Position numbers and translations under genes: made by a program. A stretch of 64,000 bases of DNA from a virus (taxonomy: Duplodnaviria > Caudoviricetes): the IMG/VR virus record IMGVR_UViG_3300014205_000228, positions 1,734 through 65,733 of that record. One strand, given 5' to 3'. Positions 6,676 through 13,878 of the stretch are shown in pieces (the stretch's first letter is position 1; every line of letters begins with the position of its first letter). The notes under the pieces were generated by a model. The model did not search any database and was not told the origin of the DNA. It worked only from the letters and a program-made list of their open reading frames with translations.

Positions 6676-7992
6676 ATGGCGAAGATCAACACCGCAGCAA
6701 AAGCAATTCCTGTTTACACTCACGAAGGAGCAAAAGCATCACTTCACGTAAATGCTTATCAAATGCTTCGAAGATCAGTGTGTTCCTGTATGCTTTGGGA
6801 AAGAGAGTTTTATGAGGATGGAGAAACCATTGCTTCAAGAATTGCTTCTTTGATTAAAGAAGTCGATCCTAACAAAGTTGCTGAACTGGCAGTAGAAGCA
6901 AGAGAGAAATTCAAACTTCGGCATGTTCCTCTTCTTCTTGCCAGAGAATTGGCTAGACAAGGATATAAAGAAACTGCTATGGTTCTTAATAGAGTAATAC
7001 AAAGACCTGATGAATTAACAGAGTTTTTGGCTATCTATTGGAAAGATGGTAGATGTCCTTTGTCTGCACAGATAAAGAAAGGATTAGCAAAAGCCTTTAC
7101 CAAATTTACTGCGTATAGTTTAGCTAAGTATAATCGAGACGATAAAATAAAACTTAAAGATGTATTGTTTCTTTCCCACGCAAAACCAGAATCAATTGGA
7201 CAAGCAGCGGTCTGGAAAGAATTAATTGCTGGTACTCTTGAATCTCCTGACACATGGGAAGTTCAGTTGTCTTCTGGTGCTGACAAGAAAGAGACATGGG
7301 AACGCCTTCTTTCGCAGGGTAAACTTGGTGGACTTGCGCTGCTTAGAAATCTTCGTAATATGAAGATGGCTGGTGTTACTACAAGTTTAATTATTGAGGC
7401 AATTAAAGATATTAACACAGAACGAATCCTTCCTTATCGCTTTATCGCAGCCGCACGATATGCTCTTGACCTCGAACCTTATCTTGAGACTGCAATGCTT
7501 AAGTGCATCAAAGACACAAAAAGACTTAGTGGACACACTGTTGTTCTGGTAGATGTGTCTGGTAGTATGGAGGATAAACTATCTTCAAAGTCAAATCTTA
7601 CCAGAATGGATGCTGCTTGCGGAGTAGCAATGGTTCTTAGAGAGTTATGCGAAAGAGCTACTATATTAACATTCTCACAATCTGTTGTGCAAGTTCCTTC
7701 AAGAAGAGGATTTGCTTTAAGAGATATTATTGTTGGTAGTCAAACACATGGATCTACTTATCTTGGTAAAGCAGTAAATGCTGTTTATTCTGAGATTAAA
7801 GATGTAGATAGGTTAATAGTATTTACTGACGAGCAGAGTCATGATCATGTTCCTGATCCTTCTGGAAATGCTTACATAATTAATGTCGCATCTGCTAGAA
7901 ATGGAGTTGGGTATGGCAAGTGGATTCATGTTGACGGATTCTCAGAATCAATAATCGACTGGATTAAAGAGTATGAAACTATTGAAAGGTAA
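6676..7992 (+). CDS. rsr: Ro60/Rsr RNA-binding protein (TROVE + vWA)
   Basis: TROVE motifs (THEG, LRHVPLLL, YSLAKY, TWEVQLS, ALLRNLRN, LPYRFIAA) and vWA MIDAS DVSGS plus IVFTDEQ. Confidence 0.95.
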   Translation: MAKINTAAKAIPVYTHEGAKASLHVNAYQMLRRSVCSCMLWEREFYEDGETIASRIASLIKEVDPNKVAELAVEAREKFKLRHVPLLLARELARQGYKETAMVLNRVIQRPDELTEFLAIYWKDGRCPLSAQIKKGLAKAFTKFTAYSLAKYNRDDKIKLKDVLFLSHAKPESIGQAAVWKELIAGTLESPDTWEVQLSSGADKKETWERLLSQGKLGGLALLRNLRNMKMAGVTTSLIIEAIKDINTERILPYRFIAAARYALDLEPYLETAMLKCIKDTKRLSGHTVVLVDVSGSMEDKLSSKSNLTRMDAACGVAMVLRELCERATILTFSQSVVQVPSRRGFALRDIIVGSQTHGSTYLGKAVNAVYSEIKDVDRLIVFTDEQSHDHVPDPSGNAYIINVASARNGVGYGKWIHVDGFSESIIDWIKEYETIER

Positions 7993-7995
7993 ACA

Positions 7996-8346
7996 ATGGC
8001 GAAAAAGAATCGTCCAATTAACGGACAAATCTCCATCGACTTAAAGTCACTGGATGAAAAATCCAGATTATGCATCGAGTGTAAATACTGCTGTGAATAT
8101 GTTAATTTACCTCTACTACAGGGTCCAGGCTATGCTGAATTTTATCAGAATGTTAGAGGTATGGAGTTACATTTCAGAAGTTTTATGCCCTGGATAGTTG
8201 TTTACAGTCCTTGTCAGCATCTAACTGTTAATGGATGTGGTATCTACAAGAAGAGACCATCTGCTTGTAGAGACTACGATGGAAGGTTAGATCTTTTTCA
8301 CCCTGAGAAATGTCTTTGGAATAAAATAAAGAAAGAAGGTGTTTAA
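7996..8346 (+). CDS. YkgJ-family (CxxCxxCC) cysteine-cluster protein
   Basis: CIECKYCC...PCQHL...CGIYKKRPSACRDY. Confidence 0.8.
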   Translation: MAKKNRPINGQISIDLKSLDEKSRLCIECKYCCEYVNLPLLQGPGYAEFYQNVRGMELHFRSFMPWIVVYSPCQHLTVNGCGIYKKRPSACRDYDGRLDLFHPEKCLWNKIKKEGV

Positions 8347-9100
8347 ATTGCCAAGCGCTATGGATGTAACAGTGGATACTGAGTTCTTAAAAGTAATGTG
8401 CGTAGGTGATCCAGGAACTGGCAAGTCGATATTTGCAAGTACTTTTCCTACACCAGGATACATATTCGACTTTTCAGGTGGAATAGTAGGTTACAGAGGA
8501 CTTAAATTTGATTACGATCAGTTCTCCATGTCCCCAATAGGTTGGGTTGAGTTCGAGAAGGCTTTAATGCGAGTTAAAGCAGATGTTAAAGAAGGCAAAT
8601 ACAAAACTGTTGTGGTAGATGACCTTTCTGCAATGACAGATTTAGCTATGGAACGAAGTCTTCAGCTTGACCCGAAGAGAAATCCCGCCGGTGGACCTCT
8701 GTGGCAAGTTCACTATGGAATGGTTAAGAATCTGATGGAAGGCAGACTTCGGCAGATCCTTGATATGAATGCTAATATAGTCTTTATCGCACATCTTAAC
8801 GTAATCAAGGATGAAGACACAGGAAACATTGTAGGAGTTGAGCCAATGCTTACTGGACAACTTTCAACTAAAATTCCTGGCTATTTCGATGAAGTATATT
8901 ATTGCTCCACAATTAAAAAGGACGGAGATGTTAGATGGGTAGTGCAGACTGTTCCTGTAGGTTGGAATAAAGCAAGATCAAGAATAAGCGGAAAGCAGCG
9001 GTTACTTCCAGATATCATGAATAATGACTATAATGAAGTAATGGCTTACATTAAAGGAGAAAAAGTAAAGGAGGTTAAAGCGACGATAATAAAGAAATAA
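8339..9100 (+). CDS. AAA ATPase, Sak4-like recombinase (AAA_24-type)
   Basis: Walker A GDPGTGKS, VVVDDLS, FIAH, IPGYFDEV; lies between exonuclease and SSB-like gene. Confidence 0.8.
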   Translation: MFKLPSAMDVTVDTEFLKVMCVGDPGTGKSIFASTFPTPGYIFDFSGGIVGYRGLKFDYDQFSMSPIGWVEFEKALMRVKADVKEGKYKTVVVDDLSAMTDLAMERSLQLDPKRNPAGGPLWQVHYGMVKNLMEGRLRQILDMNANIVFIAHLNVIKDEDTGNIVGVEPMLTGQLSTKIPGYFDEVYYCSTIKKDGDVRWVVQTVPVGWNKARSRISGKQRLLPDIMNNDYNEVMAYIKGEKVKEVKATIIKK

Positions 9101-9192
9101 AGGCCAAAGACTAAAGACAAAGAACACGCGGCAGTTTGGTACAACAATTGGACGATTCTTAAACATAACACAACATACTAAGGAGATTTAAA

Positions 9193-9696
9193 ATGACAGA
9201 TCCTTTTGCAGATTTAAGCGAAGAAAATCAGGGATTAAAGATTGATACAGATTTTAACATAGATGATGAGTACAAGCCCGATCCTCTCATCCCCGCTGGC
9301 ACATACCACGCTGCGTCAACCAGTGTTAAGTTTGATCCCGCACAACAGGCTATTTCCTGGACTTTCGTACTTCATGACAACGGTGGCCTGATGTCTGATG
9401 GCGAGACTGGTGTAGACGGGTCTACAGTGTTTTATCGTAACTGGCTGCCTCGCCCCGGTGATGAGAGTGAGATGAACACGTCTGGAAAGGCAACAAAGAG
9501 ACAGAGCAAGATCAACATGCTGAAACAGTTCTCTGCTGCTATTGGTGTTGATATGTCCACGCCTGAGATCATCATTGCTGCGTTGACTGAGCAGACTTGG
9601 CTTGGTCTCGAAGTTGATCTTACTATTGCTACCAGAGAGTGGGAAGGAAAGATCTTCAATGATGTAAAGAAGGTTACTAAATCTTCGATGTACTAA
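9193..9696 (+). CDS. single-stranded DNA-binding protein-like (DUF669-type)
   Basis: Acidic N-terminus, LIPAGTYHA, REWEGKIFNDVK; canonical position after the AAA recombinase. Confidence 0.65.
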   Translation: MTDPFADLSEENQGLKIDTDFNIDDEYKPDPLIPAGTYHAASTSVKFDPAQQAISWTFVLHDNGGLMSDGETGVDGSTVFYRNWLPRPGDESEMNTSGKATKRQSKINMLKQFSAAIGVDMSTPEIIIAALTEQTWLGLEVDLTIATREWEGKIFNDVKKVTKSSMY

Positions 9697-9705
9697 AATT
9701 AGCGT

Positions 9706-9915
9706 AATGTTGTTAGTGTGTTCCGTTAGATCACTACAGTAGTAGAAACTGGCAGGAGTGACGGTCAAACGCTAACTGCGGGCAAACGCAGTAATCCTGC
9801 ACGACATTGTATTAAATCAAAGAGGGCAATAGACGGTGCGAGGTAAGTATGTCCAAAGGACGAATTCAGTGCCTAGGCAACGCTGAGCCTTTAAAGTCCA
9901 CGGTGAGCCCTCTTT
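9706..9915 (+). ncRNA. candidate two-domain structured RNA
   Basis: GCAGGA/TCCTGC and ACTGCG/CGCAGT stems; AAAGAGGGC/GCCCTCTTT closing stem enclosing GTCC/GGAC and TCAGTG/CGCTGA hairpins; no ORF in the gap. Confidence 0.45.
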
Positions 9916-9937
9916 CAATTTAAAGGAGTAAGTCACA

Positions 9938-10207
9938 ATGTATAAAAACTTAACAGAAGTATTGGATAAGGCCTTTCTTCAGGCCTCAAAGGGTAAGGGA
10001 AAGGAACGTCATGCTAATGATAAACCTTTCGACGATCAGCCTATCATGTGGATCGAAGAACATTTTAAATCCTTTCAACTTGGGCAGGCAGTAAAGAAAA
10101 TACACGAAAGCCAGAATCTTCCAGTTGCAAGAGCAATTTCTGAGCTTTATGGAGCTATTGTATTTTTGGCTGCTCATGTTATATATCTGGAAAAAGAGGA
10201 GAATTAA
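9938..10207 (+). CDS. conserved phage protein (GKGKERHA motif)
   Basis: Motif QASKGKGKERHA..PF..QPI...LGQAVKK..ES recalled from other phages; function unassigned. Confidence 0.65.
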   Translation: MYKNLTEVLDKAFLQASKGKGKERHANDKPFDDQPIMWIEEHFKSFQLGQAVKKIHESQNLPVARAISELYGAIVFLAAHVIYLEKEEN

Positions 10208-10411
10208 ATGCAAACCTTGCGCCCTTGCCACAAACCTTTCTGTGCTTTCTATGAGGAAATGACAGTAGAAAAAGATAAGTCATTAACCAACACAGCAATG
10301 CCTCACATCTTTGGGCAAGGCGCAAGAGTTTGCGTTGCTTGTGTACATTTTCAAAAGTTTGATTTTTACGAAGCAAGCGATTCTTATCAACCAGGAAAGG
10401 TACAACGATGA
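10208..10411 (+). CDS. small Cys-rich protein
   Basis: CHKPFC and CVAC motifs; GAGGAG RBS. Confidence 0.55.
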   Translation: MQTLRPCHKPFCAFYEEMTVEKDKSLTNTAMPHIFGQGARVCVACVHFQKFDFYEASDSYQPGKVQR

Positions 10412-10719
10412 AACTCGAAGAACTCTACCCTAACTATAACGAGATGTCGCAAGAGGAAAGACTTGCCTTTGTTGCTGGTTATAGATTTAAAAGAGCATCT
10501 GATCTTTCTCACACCGAAGAACCCTCTGCTAAGAAACAAGGATTGTTAGTACTTACAGAAGAAGAGAAAGTGCTAATGAAACTTCTTGGTATTAAGCAGA
10601 AAGATATTAAAGCTTTAAGAGCTCTAAAGGATGAACCATCGGAGGTCGCAGAAGAAACACCTGAAGATGATGCAGTGTTGTTTGATGACGATAATCTTAC
10701 ATTGGAGGCGGAGGAGTAA
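10408..10719 (+). CDS. hypothetical acidic-tailed protein
   Basis: ATGA-coupled ORF. Confidence 0.7.
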   Translation: MKLEELYPNYNEMSQEERLAFVAGYRFKRASDLSHTEEPSAKKQGLLVLTEEEKVLMKLLGIKQKDIKALRALKDEPSEVAEETPEDDAVLFDDDNLTLEAEE

Positions 10720-10724
10720 TAACT

Positions 10725-11549
10725 ATGATTTGTATACATCATAACGATCTGGATGGCAAATGTGCAGCAGCGATCGTAAAAAAGTATTTTGGTAGCACAG
10801 AAATAATATTTCACGAAACCGACTATAAGGACACAGCACCTTTAACAAAACTTGCAGGTGAAGATGTCATAATTGTTGATTTCAGTTATCCACCAGAAGT
10901 TATGTTAAATATTGTTGAGCTTTCTAATTCTGTTGTTTGGATAGATCACCATGCAACAGCTAAAGATTATCCGTATCAGTATCTAACGGGATTACGAAAC
11001 TTTGAAGATAAGAAGTTTTCAGGCTGCGAATTAGCATGGATGTTCTACTTTCCTATGGAAACCATGCCACTGAGTGTTCAGTTAATAGGAGATTATGATA
11101 AGTGGGCATTAAAATTAAAACCAGAATGTTTCCAATTTTATGAAGGAATGAAAGTTAAGAATGATACTAGCCCGCAAAGTTTACTATGGGAGTTGTTATT
11201 ACAAGATAATTTTTATGTGTCATCTATTATAGATTCAGGCTGCACTGCTGTGGCATACCGTGATAATTATTGTAATGATCTTTGTAAATCTTTTGGTTAC
11301 GAAACTGAAATAAGCGGTCATGGTGCTTACGCTTGCAATCAATTTATGTTCGGGTCAGGAGGTTTTGGGCATAGATTCCATCAATATCCACTTTGTATTG
11401 CCTACATTCATGACGGTGAGCAATTTACAGTATCAATGTATTCTGAAACTGTTGATGTTGGTCAAATTGCTAAGACATTCGGAGGTGGTGGACATAAAGG
11501 AGCAGCAGGATTTGTGTGTAAAAACCTTCCATTTACAATAAAACTTTAA
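10725..11549 (+). CDS. DHH/DHHA1 phosphoesterase
   Basis: HHNDLDG, VDFS, WIDHH, GGGGHKGAAG. Confidence 0.9.
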   Translation: MICIHHNDLDGKCAAAIVKKYFGSTEIIFHETDYKDTAPLTKLAGEDVIIVDFSYPPEVMLNIVELSNSVVWIDHHATAKDYPYQYLTGLRNFEDKKFSGCELAWMFYFPMETMPLSVQLIGDYDKWALKLKPECFQFYEGMKVKNDTSPQSLLWELLLQDNFYVSSIIDSGCTAVAYRDNYCNDLCKSFGYETEISGHGAYACNQFMFGSGGFGHRFHQYPLCIAYIHDGEQFTVSMYSETVDVGQIAKTFGGGGHKGAAGFVCKNLPFTIKL

Positions 11550-11568
11550 CTAGCAGGAGTAATAAATA

Positions 11569-12903
11569 ATGTTAACTGGAATTGATGAATCTAAAATATT
11601 TACACTTGATCCAACTGCTATTACAGTAAAGGATGAACTTCCTCGCATTAGAAAAGAACTCGGTGAGATAGAAAAACTTGCAGAATCAATCAAAAAGTTT
11701 GGTCAGCTGCAACCAGTGGTGATTAACCAAAACAACGAATTAATTGCTGGTGGACGTAGGCTTGCTGCTTGTATGATTGCTGATATTCCTGTTAAAGTAT
11801 GCTACGTAGATGCAATTGATCATATGCTGATGCGGGAGATGGAGTTAGAGGAAAATGTACAAAGGAAGGCATTAACCGTAGCTGAAGAGGTCCTTGCTGC
11901 TGCTGAACTACATAGCTTTAAGCAGGAACTTTACGGAGAAGCGATTCCAGGTGTCACTAAAGAGGGGCAGAAACAGGGATGGGGAGTTAAAGACACTGCT
12001 GAACTTCTTGGTAAAAGCAAAGCATCCACAGCAGAAGATTTGATACTTGCCGCCGCTCTTAAAGTAATGCCCGAACTTGGTAAGTGCGATACGAAGTCTG
12101 AGATGAAGAGTGTTCTAAAGAACATGGAAAAGGTTAGTCAGCAACTCGACGGGCTGATAAAATATGAATCTACTATTAAAGAAGCAAAAGAATTTGTTAT
12201 TGTTAACAGACCTATGGAATCGTATCTTGCTGGATTGCCAGATGGTATCATTGATACAGTTCTAACAGACCCTCCTTATGGAATTGACATCTTTGATATT
12301 GCTATGGGAATTGCTGGAGAAACAGGCGGAGACAACATAACATCCGGAGTTAAGTACGAAGACGGAGAAGAGTATGCTAAGGCACTTCTTGCAGAACTGG
12401 CTGTACAGTCTTATCGAGTAACAAAGTCAACAGGACACATATACATATTCTGCGCCCCATCTCACTTTTGGTGGCTCAAAGATGTTATGACTGCAGCAAG
12501 ATGGATAGTGCGAGAACGTCCTATTATCTGGATAAAAAGAGAAAGTGGTCAATGTAACCAGCCTTCAATGTGGCCATCATCAGCATATGAGTTTATCCTG
12601 TTTGCAAGAAAACCAGAATCTAAACTGGTGACAGAAGGAAGAATTGATTGGATTCAATGTGACCCAGTTCTACCATCCGAAAAGACACACCAAGCAGAGA
12701 AACCTACTTTACTTATTAAAGAACTTTTAACAAGAACTAATCATCCTGGTCAGTATATTTTGGATCCCTTTATGGGTTCGGGAGCAGTGATTGAGGCAGC
12801 GTGTGATCTTAAGATGCTTGCAATGGGGTCTGAGAAAGCTATTGAATCCTACGCTTCTGTAGTGACAAGGATGCAGAAATGGCTGGAGAAGAGGAATGTT
12901 TGA
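11569..12903 (+). CDS. ParB-like N-terminal domain fused to DNA amino-methyltransferase (N4-C/N6-A)
   Basis: GQLQPVV...IAGGRRL...ELEEN.QR (ParB) followed by TDPPY and LDPFMGSG. Confidence 0.9.
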   Translation: MLTGIDESKIFTLDPTAITVKDELPRIRKELGEIEKLAESIKKFGQLQPVVINQNNELIAGGRRLAACMIADIPVKVCYVDAIDHMLMREMELEENVQRKALTVAEEVLAAAELHSFKQELYGEAIPGVTKEGQKQGWGVKDTAELLGKSKASTAEDLILAAALKVMPELGKCDTKSEMKSVLKNMEKVSQQLDGLIKYESTIKEAKEFVIVNRPMESYLAGLPDGIIDTVLTDPPYGIDIFDIAMGIAGETGGDNITSGVKYEDGEEYAKALLAELAVQSYRVTKSTGHIYIFCAPSHFWWLKDVMTAARWIVRERPIIWIKRESGQCNQPSMWPSSAYEFILFARKPESKLVTEGRIDWIQCDPVLPSEKTHQAEKPTLLIKELLTRTNHPGQYILDPFMGSGAVIEAACDLKMLAMGSEKAIESYASVVTRMQKWLEKRNV

Positions 12904-13081
12904 GTTAACAACAGAAAATATATTATCGTTTTTACTTTTGTATGCAATTCAATCCACTATGGCTGCATTACTTAACTCAGCTTGTGCTGTTCGCATACCT
13001 AAGAGTATATGGGATTTTATTAAATTGACCTTTCTACCTTATTCTATTTATAATATTATTAAGGAACTTAGAAATGTTTAG
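12896..13081 (+). CDS. small membrane protein
   Basis: Hydrophobic segments; overlaps upstream stop. Confidence 0.55.
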   Translation: MFELTTENILSFLLLYAIQSTMAALLNSACAVRIPKSIWDFIKLTFLPYSIYNIIKELRNV

Positions 13082-13111
13082 TGCTTTACAGTTGTATTAA
13101 CAATCCTAGCT

Positions 13112-13297
13112 TTGATTGGTGTTGTTCTTAATATTAAGAAGAAAATAGCTTGTTTTTACATCTGGTTCTTTACAAATGCGTATTGGGCAGTGGTTGACTT
13201 CTATAAAGATATTCCTGCTCAAGGAATTTTATTTACGATTTATACTGGACTTGCCGTGTATGGCTTAATTGAATGGAGGAAAGACAAAAATGGCTGA
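13112..13297 (+). CDS. PnuC-like small membrane protein (start uncertain)
   Basis: LIGVVLNIKKK..CFYIW...QGILFTIY..LAVYGLIEW pattern; no good in-frame ATG. Confidence 0.5.
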   Translation: MIGVVLNIKKKIACFYIWFFTNAYWAVVDFYKDIPAQGILFTIYTGLAVYGLIEWRKDKNG

Positions 13298-13544
13298 TCA
13301 AATGAATCTCAATATCAACATTAGTAACTTAAAAGTAATGGAGTGTACAGCATGTGGAAATACCTGCTTCTTACCTCAGATGAAAGTTAGATTTATTCCC
13401 CGATTACTTAGTCCAGCAGGTCAACCGCAGTACCTTTTGACACAAGAAGGAATTGCTTGCGCTACTTGTGGGGAACCTTTTGATGTGAGTAATCCGGGAA
13501 AGGAAGAGAAAGAAGCAGAATCTAAGATTATATTGGTTAAATAA
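13290..13544 (+). CDS. zinc-ribbon protein
   Basis: CTACGN and CATCGE; start moved to ATG 13290 after GGAGG. Confidence 0.65.
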   Translation: MADQMNLNINISNLKVMECTACGNTCFLPQMKVRFIPRLLSPAGQPQYLLTQEGIACATCGEPFDVSNPGKEEKEAESKIILVK

Positions 13545-13584
13545 GAATCGTCCGATTATTTGACGGAACTGGAAGGAGACAAAG

Positions 13585-13878
13585 ATGTCCTTAAAAGAAT
13601 ACGCAGTTGAGTGCCATGCTATTGCAAACTCAAAAGGTTGGTGGGATGAAGATAGATCTATCCCGGAACTTCTTTGCTTAATACATTCAGAAGTATCAGA
13701 GGCTTTAGAAGGATACCGAAATAACAACCTACGCAATTTTGAAGAAGAGATAGCAGATGTTTTAATCAGGGTGTTTGATATGGCTGAGCATTTACATATT
13801 GACCTTGATAAGGTTGTTACCATGAAGATGGAAATAAACAGAAACAGAGAGTACAGACACGGAGGCAAAAGAATCTAA
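13585..13878 (+). CDS. MazG-like nucleotide pyrophosphohydrolase
   Basis: LIHSEVSEALE...EEEIADVLIR..D, MEINRNR. Confidence 0.85.
   Translation: MSLKEYAVECHAIANSKGWWDEDRSIPELLCLIHSEVSEALEGYRNNNLRNFEEEIADVLIRVFDMAEHLHIDLDKVVTMKMEINRNREYRHGGKRI

Noticed and set aside
9697-9937. Functional group I intron or hammerhead ribozyme
   Set aside because: No interrupted gene and no convincing P7; GTCC-AAA-GGAC-GAA lacks the CTGANGA core. Kept as unassigned structure.
11569-12100. Plasmid-prophage partition system or lysogeny module
   Set aside because: ParB domain is fused to an MTase; no ParA, integrase or CI-like repressor seen; lifestyle cannot be called from this window.
13079-13081. Genome-wide TAG reassignment
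   Set aside because: Long genes are uninterrupted in the standard code, several genes end cleanly in TAG (906, 18602, terS), and no suppressor tRNA is present.
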